Positions 1 through 12,287 of a DNA stretch of 64,000 nucleotides are shown piece after piece. The stretch is from contig NC_086108.1 of NCBI RefSeq assembly GCF_963921235.1, forward strand, positions 8,122,001-8,186,000, in the 5' to 3' direction. Origin of the DNA: Mobula hypostoma (Eukaryota). Under the pieces are notes generated by a model that did not search any database, had not been told where the DNA came from, and worked only from the letters and a program-made list of their open reading frames with translations. Positions within the stretch are counted from its first letter, which is position 1; each line of letters begins with the position of its first letter. Position numbers and translations under genes: made by a program.

Positions 1-587
1 TGAGAGATATAATAAATCAGCTCTGATGGAATGGTGGAGCAGACTCGATGGGACGAATGGCCTAATTCTGCTCCTGTAACTTATGATCCTATGGCCCCAA
101 ACTGGTCATGGTGTTACCCGTGCCTTCTCCCGCAATCCTTTTCTCCTGTAGGATATCCCAACACTCACTGTGATGTCTTTCACCCAGCACCAGACAGACA
201 TTCAGGACTGGGCCCAGGGACTTTCTGTTTGAACTTAATTATGACTGGCAAGGGTTTCTTGCATTCTTGAATGACTTACAGGGGACTTTCACTGTGCTCT
301 GTAAACAGAGTCCTACTGTGTGTTTGTGGAGAATGATTGGTCTCGCTGTGTCGCTCGGTTGTTCCTCTGATGCCAAGTAGTGTTCCAATGCCTAACCCCT
401 TGTTCCATCTCTTCATGGGGAGCTTGCTGTTCCTCCGCTCCTGTCCCGAGTCATTGCCAGTGCTTACCATGACCGAGGCTGCCGTCTGCCACACCTGGAT
501 TGAGTTGGTGCCAGTGACCACCATGACAGTTCCCCCGCACTTGGGCCCAGTGCTGTGTGCCCACACCCCAGAACACCTACTTCAATG

Positions 588-942
588 GGCGGGCTAAACC
601 AGGTGAGGGTAGCTGGCGGTCTCATACCCCGGTGAGCTGGGGATATGCCTGACCCAGCATGCGGTCACCTCCAGTGGACTGGGCAGATGAGATCGACAGT
701 GAGATCCAACAGCCAGGGAGGTGGTACCGGAACGCTCCACGGGGAGCGAAGGAACGGAAGATGTCCTGGTCATCCATTGCAAACAGGGAAGACCCCGGTT
801 TGTGACGCTTGTTCATACCACTGGACCCAGACTTCCGAGGTCGAGAGAGTGGAACTGATCCAGTGCAGAGGCTTTTCCACTTTAAAAACTCTCCTGCCCA
901 GGTTTCCTGTCATCGTCAGACCTGATGGACAACCACTACCAT
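588..942 (+). mobile_element. Short non-coding retroelement, possibly Vingi/Ingi-derived; second copy at 35683-35953
   Basis: Two homologous copies in window, 3' stem-loop and (ACC)n tail; family assignment is inference. Confidence 0.6.
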
Positions 943-1814
943 TTAAGGTTTGAAGTTCAAAGTAAATTTTATTATCAGAGTACATATATGTCACCGCATA
1001 CAATCGTGGGATTCATTTTCCTGTGGGCATACTCAGCAAATCTATAGAGTAGTAACTATAACAGGATCAATGAAAGATCAACCAGAGTGCAGAAGACAAC
1101 AAACTCTGCAAATATAAATAAATAGCAATAAATAATGAGAACATGAGATAGTGAGATAAAGAGTCCTTAAAGAGAGATCATTGGTTGTGGGAACATCTCA
1201 ATGGATGGGCAAGTGCGAGCAGTTATCCCCCTTGTTCAAGAGCCTGATGGTTGAGGGGTAGTAACTGTTCCTGAACCTGGTGGTGTGGGACCTAAGCCTC
1301 CTGTACCTTGTAGCTGATGGCAGCAGCAAGAAGAGAGCATGTCGTGAGTGGGGCTCTCTGATGATAAATGTTGCTTTCCTATGATAGCATCTCATATAGA
1401 TGCGATCAGTGGTTGGGAGGGCTTTACCCGTGATGTACTGGGTCAAATCCACTACTTTTGTGAGATTTTCTGTTCAAAGCTATCAGAGTTCCCGTGCCAG
1501 GCCATGATGCAGCCAGTCAGTACACTCTCTACTACAGATCCATAGAAGGTTATCAAAATTTTAGAGATGGTTTCGGGATGTGGATTGCAGTCTTGTGGTA
1601 ACAGACTAAAGTAGAGACATGGAATGTGGCAGAAACTTCACTAATTGTTTTACACCGTGCACCAATTGTTGTAATAGAAAACTATCTAATTTGTGGATGA
1701 TCAATCTATCCTATAGGACTTAGTCCAGAGCCAAAATGTGTAGGTTTACTCATAATCTCAGTAAATGAGAATGTAAAATCTCAGGCAGATCATAGTTATA
1801 TCCTTGTGCATGAA

Positions 1815-2290
1815 AGTCCGTGACCTTCTCTTGTGCCAAGATGAGGCCACCCTCAGGCTGGAGGAGCAACACCTTGTATTCCATTTGGGCAGCCTCCAAC
1901 CTGATGGCATGAATATCGATTTCTCCTCTGGCTATAAAATATATTCCCTCCCCCTCCCCTCTTCCTCTATTCCCCACTCTGGCCTCTTACCTCTTCTCAC
2001 CTGCCTATCGCCTCCCCCTGGTGCCCCCTCCTCCTATGATCCACTCTCCTTTCCTATCAGATTCCTTCCTCTCCCACCCGCCTGCCTTCACCCATCTCCT
2101 TCCAGCTATGCTCCTTCCCCTCACCTGACCTTTTTTATTCTGGCATCTTCCCCCTTCCTTCTCAGTCCTGAAGAGGGGTCTGGGCATGAATCGTCGACTG
2201 TTTATTTCCATACACGCTGCCTGGCCTGCTGAGTTCCTCCAGCATTCTGTGTGTGCTGCTCTGGGATTCCAGCATCTGCAGAGTCTCTCA
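1815..2290 (+). mobile_element. Penelope-like element 3' fragment
   Basis: LRLEEQHLVFHLGSLQPDGMNIDFS followed by pyrimidine-rich UTR and degenerate hammerhead at 2164-2199. Confidence 0.8.
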
Positions 2291-3297
2291 ACCTCAGGGA
2301 AATCAGCTTTGGCTGGTCTCCTGGTGCATGCCATTTTTTAATAAACTGCACATTAATTTAAACACCTGCTCCGCGTGGCCTTTCAGCTCGCTTCTGCAAA
2401 AAGAAGGGAGGTAGTCTGCGTGATGGCGTAAATGAGGAACAAACTGCAATTGACCAACTGATCCTTCTGACAAAAGGTCTCTGACCTGACATGTTACTCT
2501 TCTCTGTCTCTGTCTCTCTCTCTCCTCACCACCCCCACCAGGTGCTACCTGACCCGCTATCACTGTGGGGTGGGCGCACACAAAATGCTGGGGGGAGCTC
2601 AGCAGGTCGGGCAGCGTCTGTGGAGATGAGTAAGCACAAGAGACTGTTCAGATGCTGGAAATGGATCCACACACACTCAAAGTGCTGGTGGAACTCAGCA
2701 GACCACCAGGCCAGCAGAGAACCAGGAGTCAGGGTTTTGGGCTGGGTCCTGACGAAGGATCTCTGCCCAAGACATTGACTGTTCATTCCCGTCCGCTGTG
2801 TTCCTCCTGCGTTTGTGTGTGGATCCTATCATGCTGAATTAATTCTGAATGATTGAGCCTGAGGGGCAGAGAAGAACAATGAATATCCTGTTAGTGAGCT
2901 CACTGTATTAGTCATGTACTTGATGCACTGATGAGATGTTAATTGAAATTCACAGCTGCATGCTCATTATGCAAATACCCCATGAGATGAAACAACTGTA
3001 ATTGCACTTTCAAGTTCACCTACAAAGTCTGGGTTGTGGGCCCAGCTGATTCTGTATTAAAGGTCAAGGAGTTACTAGCAGAGCCAACAAGGTGCTTAAG
3101 CAGAGTAGATTCTCTCCGAAGTCATGGACAGGAGTCAGTGCGTCTACTCAGCATTCAGACACCTCCGATCATAGGCACAATGGTGTAGTGGTTAGCACTG
3201 CACGTTACAGTACCAGTGACCTGGGTTCAATTCCCACCACCGCCTGTAAAGAGTCAATGGCACCAGCCTCCCAAGCATGAAGGACATCTTCAAAAGG

Positions 3298-4077
3298 TCA
3301 ACACAAAATAATCTGCAGATGCTGGGGTCAAAGCAACACTCACAACACGCTGGAGGAACTCAGCAGGTCGGGCAGCATCCGTGGAAGCGATCAGTCAACA
3401 TTTCGGGCCGGAATCCTTCGTCAGGACTGTAGAGGGAGGGGGCAGAGGCCCTGTAAAGAAGGTGGAGGGAGGGTGGGAAGGAGAAGGCTGGTAGGTTCCA
3501 GGTGAAAAACCAGTAAGGGGAAAGATAAAGGGGTGGGGGAGGGGAAGCAGGGAGGTGACAGGCAGGAAAGGTGAAGAAGGAATAGGGGAAAACACAATGG
3601 GTAGTAGAAGGAGGCGGAACCATGAGGGAGGTGATAGGCAGCTGAGGGAGGGGGCAGAGTGACATAGGTATAGGGGAAGGGAGGGGGTGGGGGAGGGAAT
3701 TACCGGAAGTTGGAGAATTCTATGTTCATACCAAGGGGCTGGAGACTACCTAGACGGTATATGAGGTGTTGCTCCTCCAACCTGAGTTTAGCCTCATCAT
3801 GGCAGTAGAGGAGGCCATGCATGGACATATCTGAATGGGAATGGGAAGCAGAGTTGAAGTGGGTGGCTGCCGGGAGATCCTGTCTGTTATGGCGGACAGA
3901 GCGGAGGTGCTCGACGAAGCGGTCCCCCAATCTGTGTCAGGTTTCACCGATGTAGAGGAGGCCGCACCGGGAGCACCGGATGCAATAGATGACCCCAACA
4001 GACTCACAAGTGAAGTGTTGCCTCACCTGGAAGGACTGTTTGAGGCCCTGAATGGTGGCAAGAGAGGAGGTGTAGGG
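3298..4077 (-). mobile_element. Penelope-like element 3' fragment with GIY-YIG endonuclease, nested in a Rex-type remnant
   Basis: Translates VIYCIRCSRCGLLYIGET*HRLGDRFVEH...RLEEQHLIYRLGSLQPLGMNIEF; degenerate hammerhead motif in 3' UTR at about 3393-3428. Confidence 0.85.
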
Positions 4078-4237
4078 AATGCCTCAAAAGTGAGGCATTC
4101 GTCATTAAGGACTGCCACCACTGAGGACATGACCCATTGCTACCACCAGGTAGGAGATACAGGAGTGTGAAGGCACACAGTCAGTGATTCGAGAACAGCT
4201 CATTCCCCCTGCCATCCAATTTCTGAATGGACAATCT

Positions 4238-4495
4238 GGGGTGGCACAATAGCACAGCACTTTACAGTACCAGCAACCCAGGTTCAATCTCTGCTGCTGT
4301 CTCTAAGGAGTTCCCAACGTGACCGCATGGGTTTCCTCCGGGTGCCCAAAGACGTACCAGTTGGTAGGTTACTTGGTCATTGTAAATTGTCCTGTGATTA
4401 GGTTAGGGTTAAATCAAGGGAATTGCTGGGCAGCACAGCCGGAGGGGCCTGTTCCATGTTGTATCACAAAAAACAAACAAACAAACAAATAAATA
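4238..4495 (+). mobile_element. V-SINE-like element (relatives near 3174, 11590, 21525, 22030, 50000, 57640, 59400)
   Basis: tRNA-like head, GGTTCAAT B box, central GGGTTTCCTCCGGGTGC motif, A-rich tail. Confidence 0.7.
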
Positions 4496-5689
4496 AGTTA
4501 GAAAGATGTTGAAGTCAACAAAAATCTCACCCTGAAATGTGTTACCAAAGCATCAACACGTCACCAGATACTGTCTGGAGATTCATTCTCTTGCAGTGTT
4601 TCCAGGAAAATAAAGAAATACATAGAATTTATGAAAAACTAGAATACACAAAGACTGACAAACATCTGATATGCAAAAGACAAATGGTGCAAATAAAAAT
4701 GAAATATTTAGAACAGGGGTTGTGACCAGTCCTTGAGATTGTGGAATCAGTTCAGTGTTGAGGTGAGTGAAGTTACCACACTGGTTCAGGAGCCTGATGG
4801 TTGTGGGGTAATAACTGTTCCTGAACCTGGTGGTGTGGGACCTGAGGCTCATTGTGGTGAGTGAAGTTATCCACACTGGTTCAGGAGCCTGATGGTTGAG
4901 GGGTAATAACTGTTCCTGAACCTGACTCTATTTGACAGCAAGGGCTCCATAGCCTCGTATCCTTGCTGAGACCGGGGAGGGAGGGTTGCACTGCCATCTC
5001 TTCGCTGAGAGGTTCATTTAAGGCTACTTTGTGCCCTCACATGGCTGTGGGAGAAACCTCTGTTGTTGAAATCATAGAGCACTACAGCACAGGAACAGGT
5101 CCTCTGGCCCATCTAACTGAACTATTATTCTGCCTAGTCCTACTGACCCGCACCAGGACCATACCCCTCCCCTCCACATACCCCTCCAAACTTCTCTTCG
5201 ATGCTGAAATTGAGCTCGCATCCACCACTTTCACTGGCAACTCATTCCACGCACTCACGACCCTCCAAACGAAGAAATTTCTCCTCATGTTCCCCCTAAA
5301 CTTTTCACCTTTCATCCTTAACCCATGACCTCCAGCTGTAATCCTAATCAACCTCAGTGGAAAAAGCCTGCTTGTATTTACTCTCTCTATACCCCTCATA
5401 ATTTTGTATGCCTCTATCAAATCTCCCCTCAATCTTCTACCTCCCAAGGAATAAACTCCTAACTCTCACCTCCTGTCCAGGGAACATCTTTGGAAATTTT
5501 CTGTGTATTCTTTCAATCTTATTGATATCTTGTGAGGGAGATCGGGGGAAGATAGATATCTCTCAAAGTCACGCAGGCAGATTATCCAGGCTTGTTGTTG
5601 TTTGCGGGAGCTTGCTGCACGTGTCGGATGGTGTGCACCCTGGAGGAGAACCAGCACGTTTCCGGCTGGTGGAGGAAGGTGTGATGCTT

Positions 5690-6512
5690 AGGCAGAGAAA
5701 GGGAGAGAGGGGGAGAGAGGGAGGGATGGGAAAGAGGGAAAGGGAGGAGGAGAGAAGGGGAGGGGAGAGAGGGACAGGGAGTGGGAAGAGGGGGAGAGAA
5801 AGGGAGGAGGAAGGAGGGGAGTTGGGGAGACGGTGAGAGAGTGGGAGAGGGAGGAGAGGGAGATGGGCGAGGGAGAGGGAGTTGGAGTTGGAAGAGGGGG
5901 AGAAACGGGAAGGCAGAAGGGATAAGGAGGGAGTGAGAGGGAGAGGGGAGAGGGGAGAGCAGGAGGAGAGAGGGAGAGGGGGAGGGCATTGGAGGGAGGG
6001 AGAGGGGAGACAGGGAGAAGGGGAGAGGAAGGGGAGGGGGAGTAGGTGAGCGGGGAAGAGGGAGTGGGAGAGAAGGGGAAGGGAGAGGGAGGGGAGAGAG
6101 GGAGAGGGGAGATGGGAGAGGAAAGCGGAGGGAGAGGGGAGAGGAAAGGGGAAGGGAGAGGGGAGAGGAAAGGGGAAGGGAGAGGGAGGGGAGAAGGGAA
6201 GGGAGAGGGAGGGGAGTGAGAAGGGGAGAGAGGGAGAGGGGAGATGGGAGAGGAAAGGGGCAGGGAGAGGGGAGATGGGAGAGGAAAGGGGAAGGGAGAG
6301 GGAGGGGAGGGAGAGGGGAGAGGGGAAGGGAGAGGGAGGGGAGTGAGAAGGGGAGAGAGGGAGAGGGGAGATGGGACAGGAAAGGGGAGGGAGGGGGAGA
6401 GGAAAGGGGAGGGAGGGAAGAGGGGAAGGGAGAGGGAGGGGAGTGGGAGAGGGGAGAGGAAAGGGTAGGGGGAGAGGTGAGAGAGGGAGGATGAGAAAAG
6501 GAGGGAAAAGGG
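5690..6512. repeat. Polypurine (G/A) low-complexity tract of about 820 bp
   Basis: Almost exclusively G and A on the + strand. Confidence 0.95.
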
Positions 6513-8177
6513 AACCACACTTTATCATGCTGTTTACCTTGTAAATACATGCTGGTATTGATGTATTTCTGGATTTTATTACATATCTGTACTTTAACCT
6601 CTGATTTTAATTTTTATATATGTTTGCTCTTTATAATTGAATAGTGCTTGTGTTCGTTGCATGTCACACCCTGACCAAGACACCTCAGCAAATTCCTTAT
6701 ACAAGTACGTGTGTATGGCAGATAAAGTTAATCCTTGACTATGCTGGAAGTCACGATCCAGCCTGGGACTGGGGAGGAGTGGATGAGTGGAGGAGCCCGT
6801 CTATCTAAAACGGGGGGGGGGGGGGCGAGGTTGGGTTGATCAATGGGCCGATTTGGAAAGGCTGGGTATGGGTTGGAACATGGTGGCGAGGTCCAGGCCA
6901 AGGCTGTATCGCTGTGCCTGGCCCTGGGTCCTAGTGCCGGAAGGAGACAACCCAGTGTTTGGACAAATGGACTGAAAAGGCAGGGTATTGTGACCGGAGG
7001 TGAGGGTCGGGCCAATTCTGCTCGCTGCATCACGACGTTTACCTCACTCTCTGGCACTGAGGCTGAGGCTGTGGGCCTGCTCAAGCTGCTCTGGGCTTTG
7101 TGTCCGCGAGTTCCCCGATGATTTGCCCTGCTGTGTGCTGAACTGAGTCTGAGGCTGTGGCCTGCACCAGGCTTCATGTCTATAGACTCACTTTCGTTCT
7201 GAATGCAAATGAGAAGATTTGCAGATGCCGGAAATCCGAGCAACACACACAAAATGCTGGAGGGTCCCTGCCAAAGGGTTTCACCCCGAAATCTTGACTG
7301 AACTCTTTTCTGTAGATGCTGCCTGGCCTGCTGAGTTCCTCCAGCATTTTGTGTGGGTTGCTCGTTCTGAATGTTGTTTGCACGATTTGTGTTTTCCCCC
7401 CCTCTCTCTCTGCACATTGTAGGTCTTTTATTTAATTGCGTTCTTTCGGGTTTCTTGTTTTCTGGCTGCCTGTAAGGAGACGAATCTCAAGGCTATAATC
7501 TTTACAAACTTTGACAATAAATGCACTTCGAACTTTGGGTCTCTGCCACTGCCAGGCAGCAGCTTTGCCCACTGGACCACTTTGCCACCCATCATAGGTC
7601 CGTGCCAGCTGCCATTGCGATTCTGTGATTGCATTCACCCACGCACTCATCAGCGGAGACAGAATCACTTACAAAACAGCAGGCAGTGGGAGACTGGGAG
7701 GCTGGAATGAAGGCAGAGTCAGACACCAGGTTTCGGAGGAAGAGAATTTAAAGCAGCATGAATCACATCTCAAGGTGCTGGAGGAAATCAGCAGGTCAGG
7801 CAGCATCCACGGAAGGGAATAAACAGTTGACGTTTCAGGCTGTGACCCTTCATTAGCCCTCATCTCCTTCATAGATGCTGCCTGACCTGCTGAGTTAAAA
7901 CTTAGATTAGATCAGCACTGTACAAGCTCTTCAGTCCACGACATGGTGCCAACCTTTTAACCTACTCTTAAGATCAATCTAAAGCTTCTCTCCTACATCG
8001 CCCTCCATTTTCCTATCATCCATGTGCCTAAGAGTCTCTTAAATGTTTCTGTGTATCTGCCTCTACCACCACCCCTGGCAGTGTGTTCCACACACCCACC
8101 ACTCCGTAAAAAGCCTATCTCTGACATCCCCCCGCCCACCAAACTTTCCTCCGGTTACCTTAAAACCATACTGCCTT

Positions 8178-8630
8178 AGGTTCGCGAGAATGATTCTGGG
8201 AATGAAAGGGTTATCACGTGAGCAGCTCTGGGCTTGGATTCGCTGGAATTTGATGAATTAGGGGAGATCTCATTGAAGATTGAAAGGCCTTGATAGTGGA
8301 TGTGGAGAGGATGTTTCCTTTGGTGGGGGAGTCGAGGATCAAAGGACACAGCCTCAAGATAGAGGGAATATCAGTTAGAACGGAGATGAGGAAGAATTTC
8401 TTTAGCCAGAGAGTGGCAAATCTGTGGAATTCATTGCCACAGGCGGCTTTGGAGGCCAGTTCATTGGGTGTGTTTAAGGAAGAGGTTGATAGATTCTTCA
8501 TTAGTCAGGGAGTGAAAAGTTAAGGGGAAAAGGCAGGAAAATGGGGCTGAGAGGGAAATGAACCAGTCATGATGAAATGCGGAACAGGTTCGATGGGCTG
8601 AATGGCCTGACTCTGCTCCTATGTCTTATC
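8178..8630 (+). mobile_element. CR1 3' fragment (further short CR1 remnants near 5070-5525, 24110-24660, 32880-33220, 51135-51535, 51745-52040)
   Basis: GHSLKI...NFFSQRVANLWNSLP. Confidence 0.8.
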
Positions 8631-9099
8631 TTATTGAATTGGCTATTTTCATCCTGCAAAAAGCCCCCTGGCATAGATCCACTTGATCTACGCTTCATCA
8701 TCTTGTACGCCTCTATCAAGTCGCTTCTCATCCTCCTTTGATCCAAAGGGAAAAGCCCGAGCTCACTCAACCTTTCCTCATAATTCGTACCCTTTAATCC
8801 AGTTAGCATCCTCTCCTCTGCACCCTCTCTAAAGCCTCCACATCCTTCCTACAATGAGGAGACCAGAACTGAACACAGAAGACAGTCCAGTATTTTGTGT
8901 ATGTTGCTACAGATTTCCAGCATCTGCAGAATCTCCTGTTTTATGAATCGAGCTTTTAAAACCGTAAGACCATAAGATATAGGAGCAGAATTAGACCATT
9001 CGGCCCATCGAGTCTCCTCCTCCATTCCATCATGGCTGATCCATTTCCTTCCCAACTGCATTCTCCCAGTAATATTCTGATGCCCTAATCAAGAACCTA

Positions 9100-9313
9100 G
9101 CCGGCTGCTGGTGTAGTGGCATCAGCGTCAGACTTCAGAGCGAAGGCACCCGAGTTCGAATCCAGCCGGCTCCCTTGCACGCTTTCCATCCATGCTGGGT
9201 TGAGCATCGAGCTCGCAACTTGGCTTCATAAAAATAAAGAAGCCTGCTAAAAAAAACTCCGTCATGACAGCGTCCCAATGACTGCACCGGGAGTCAAGGG
9301 CTTTCTTCTTCTT
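9100..9313 (+). mobile_element. tRNA-derived SINE with (CTT)n tail
   Basis: A box TGGTGTAGTGG, B box GTTCGAATCC; 15-bp TSD CTAATCAAGAACCTA (9085-99, 9314-28). Confidence 0.85.
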
Positions 9314-9604
9314 CTAATCAAGAACCTATCAAACTCTGCTTTAAATATACCCAATGACTTGGCTTCCATGGCCACCTGTGGTGAGGAATTCCACACATTC
9401 ACCACCCTCTGCTAAAGAAATTCCGCCTCATCTCCATTCTAAATGGACGTCCCTCAATTCTGAGGCTGTGTCCTTTGGTCCTAGACTCCCCATCAAAAGA
9501 AACATACTCTCCATATCCACTCTATCTCGGCCTTTCGATATTCGATCGGTTTCAATGAGATCCCCCACGCACCACCCTCATTCTTCTAAACTCTAGCAAG
9601 TACA

Positions 9605-9949
9605 GGCCTGATGGTTGTGGGGTAATAACTGTTCCTGAACCTGGTGGTGTGGGACCTGAGGCTCATTGTGGTGAGTGAAGTTATCCGCACTGGTTCAGGA
9701 GCCTGATGGTTGTGGGGTAATAACTGTCCCTGAACCTGGTGGTGTGGGACCTGAGGCTCATTGTGGTGAGTGAAGTTATCCACACTGGTTCAGGAGCCTG
9801 ATGGTTGTGGGGTAATAACTGTCCCTGAACCTGGTGGTGTGGGACCTGAGGCTCATTGTGGTGAGTGAAGTTATCCACACTGGTTCAGGAGCCTGATGGT
9901 TGTGGGGTAATAACTGTTCCTGAACCTGGTGGTGTGGGACCTGAGGCTC
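9605..9949. repeat. 95-bp tandem repeat, about 3.6 units, derived from a Rex-type 3' end
   Basis: Repeated ORFs offset by 95 nt. Confidence 0.92.
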
Positions 9950-9954
9950 CTGTA

Positions 9955-11575
9955 CATTGGCATGCAAAGGATTGGACACCCCTGGTCAAAATTTCTGTTA
10001 CTGTGAATAGTTGAGTGAGTAGAAGATGAACTGATCTCCAAAAGTCATAAAGTTAAAGATGAAACATTCTTTTCAACATTTTAAGCAAGATAAGTGTATT
10101 ATTTTGGTTTTGTACAATTTTAGAATGGAAAAAAAGGAAAGGAGCACCATGCAAAAGTTTGAGCACCCCAAGAGATTTGAGCTCTCAGATAACTTCTACC
10201 AAGGTCTCAGACCTTAATTAGCTTGTTAGGGCTATGGCTTGTTCACAGTCATCGTTAGGAAAGGCCAGGTGATGCAAATTTCAAAGCATTATAAATACCC
10301 TGACTCCTCAAACCTTGTCCCAACAATCAACAGCCATGAGCTCCTCTAAGCAGCTGCCTAGCACTCTGAAAATTAAAATAAATGATGCCCACAAAGCAGG
10401 AGAAGGCTGTAACAAGATAGCAAAGCATTTTCAGGTAGCCGTTTCCTCAGTTTGTAATGTAATTAAGAAACGGCAGTTAGCAGGAACGGTGGAGGTCAAG
10501 TTGAAGTCTGAAAGACCAAGAAAACTTTCCCAGAGAACTGCTCGTAGGATTGCTAGAAAGGCAAATCAAAACCCCCATTTGACTGCAAAAGACCTTCAGG
10601 AAGATTTAGCAGACTCTGGAGTGGTGGTGCACTGTTCTACTGTGCAGCGACACCTGCACAAATATGACCTTCATGGAAGAGTCATCAGAAGAAAACCTTT
10701 CCTGCGTCCTCACCACAAAATTCAGCATCAGAAGTTTGCAAAGGAACATCTAATCAAGCCTGATGCATTTTGGAAACAAGTCCTGTGGACTGAAGTTAAA
10801 ACAGAACATTTTGGCCGCAATGAGTTAAGGTATCTTTGGAGAAAAAAGGGTGCAGAATTTCATGAAAAGAACACCTCTCCAACTGTTAAGCACGGGGGTG
10901 GATCGATCATGCTTTGGGCTTGTGTTGCAGCCAGTGGCACGGGGAACATTTCACTGGTAGAGGGAAGAACGAATTCAATTAAATACCAGCAGATTCTAGA
11001 AGCAAACATCACACCGTCTGTAAAAAAGCTGAAGATGAAAAGAGGATGGCTTCTACAACAGGATAATGATCCTAAACACACCTCAAAATCCACAATGGAC
11101 TACCTCAAGAGGCACAAGCTGAGGGTTTTGCCATGGCCCTCACAGTCCCCTGACCTAAACATCATCGAAAATCTGTGGATAGACTTCAAAAGAGCAGTGC
11201 ATGCAAGACGGCCCAAGAATCTCACGGAACTAGAAGCCTTTTGCAAGGGAAAATGGGCGATAGTCCCCCAAACAAGAATTGAAAGACTCTTAGCTGGTTA
11301 TAGAAGGCGTTTACAAGCTGTGATACTTGCCAAAAGGGGTCTTACTAAGTACTGACCGTGAAGGGTGCCCAAACTTTTGCTTCAGGCCCTTTTCCTTTTT
11401 TTGTTATTTTGAAACTGTAAAAGATGGAAATAAAAAAGTAATCTTGCTTAAAATATTAAAGAAATGTGTCACCTTTAACATTATGCCTTTTGGAAATCAG
11501 GTCATCTTTTACTCACTTAGCTATTCACAGTAACAGAAATTTTAACCGGGGTGCCCAAACTTTTGCATGCGACTG
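9955..11575 (+). mobile_element. Full-length Tc1-family DNA transposon (IR/DR type)
   Basis: TA at 9953-54 and 11576-77; long imperfect TIRs CATTGGCATGCAAA.../...TTTGCATGCGACTG with inner direct repeats; inserted into ctcctgTAcctcctgcctgat of a Rex-type repeat. Confidence 0.93.
10336..11355 (+). CDS. Tc1 transposase, open 339-aa ORF with first catalytic Asp missing
   Basis: Paired HTH region, KHGGG, QQDNDPKH and SPDLNIIE with 34 residues between D and E; VLWTEVK instead of VLWTDE.K. Confidence 0.88.
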   Translation: MSSSKQLPSTLKIKINDAHKAGEGCNKIAKHFQVAVSSVCNVIKKRQLAGTVEVKLKSERPRKLSQRTARRIARKANQNPHLTAKDLQEDLADSGVVVHCSTVQRHLHKYDLHGRVIRRKPFLRPHHKIQHQKFAKEHLIKPDAFWKQVLWTEVKTEHFGRNELRYLWRKKGAEFHEKNTSPTVKHGGGSIMLWACVAASGTGNISLVEGRTNSIKYQQILEANITPSVKKLKMKRGWLLQQDNDPKHTSKSTMDYLKRHKLRVLPWPSQSPDLNIIENLWIDFKRAVHARRPKNLTELEAFCKGKWAIVPQTRIERLLAGYRRRLQAVILAKRGLTKY

Positions 11576-11804
11576 TACCTCCTGCCTGATCGTAGGTTCA
11601 ATTCCCATCGCTGCCTGCAAGGAGTTTGTACCTTCTCCCTGTGACCGCGAAAGTTTCCTCCAGCTTCTTCACACTCAAAATACATTCTGGTTAAGCGATT
11701 ACTTGGTCACATGGGTGTAACTGGGCGGTGCAGGATCATTGGGTCGAAGGGATCTGTTATCATGCTGTATCCCTAAATAAAATCATTACTTATCTATTAT
11801 CTCT

Positions 11805-12287
11805 GGAGCAGAAGGCCCCGAATCCTCGGCTTTGCTTGTTTCGGTGGCTGGGGCTAGGTTGAGGGCGCTCAGCAGAGGATGGCGCTCAGGAGGCTGTATC
11901 GGAGGGGCTGGTCGGAGGTTCGAAGTTTTCGGACGGACGGACTCGGTGTCAGCTGCTTCCAAGGCATCGGCAAGTTGACGGTGCCTGGAGGTTTATGGCA
12001 GGGAGCTTCTCTCTTTTGCCGCCTGCTATCGGGGACTCGGGAGTCGATCGGGACTTGAGACTTTTTTTTACCGTGCCCATGTTCTGCTCTTCATCAAATT
12101 AATGGTATTGCTTTGCACTGCTGTAACTATATGTTATAATTATGTGTTTCTGTCAGTGTCAGTCTTTGGTTTGTCCTGTTTTTCTGTGGTATCACTCCGG
12201 AGAAACATTGTATAATTTCTTAATGCATATATGCATTTCTAAATGACAATAAAAGAGGACTGAGTGTTCTCATAATCTAATCTAATC
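11805..12287 (+). mobile_element. SINE-like retroelement with (AATCT)n tail
   Basis: Similar to 47413-48037 over about 250 bp of 3' end. Confidence 0.68.

Noticed and set aside
2963..3160. Immunoglobulin V-gene promoter (heptamer-octamer-like)
   Set aside because: No leader exon, V domain or RSS found downstream
5569..6550. Long Pro/Ser/Leu-rich ORFs (276-322 aa)
   Set aside because: Artefact of the polypurine tract lacking stop codons; open in all three minus frames
9100..9180. tRNA genes (also near 3174 and 17738)
   Set aside because: A and B boxes belong to SINE heads with tails and TSDs; no complete cloverleaf
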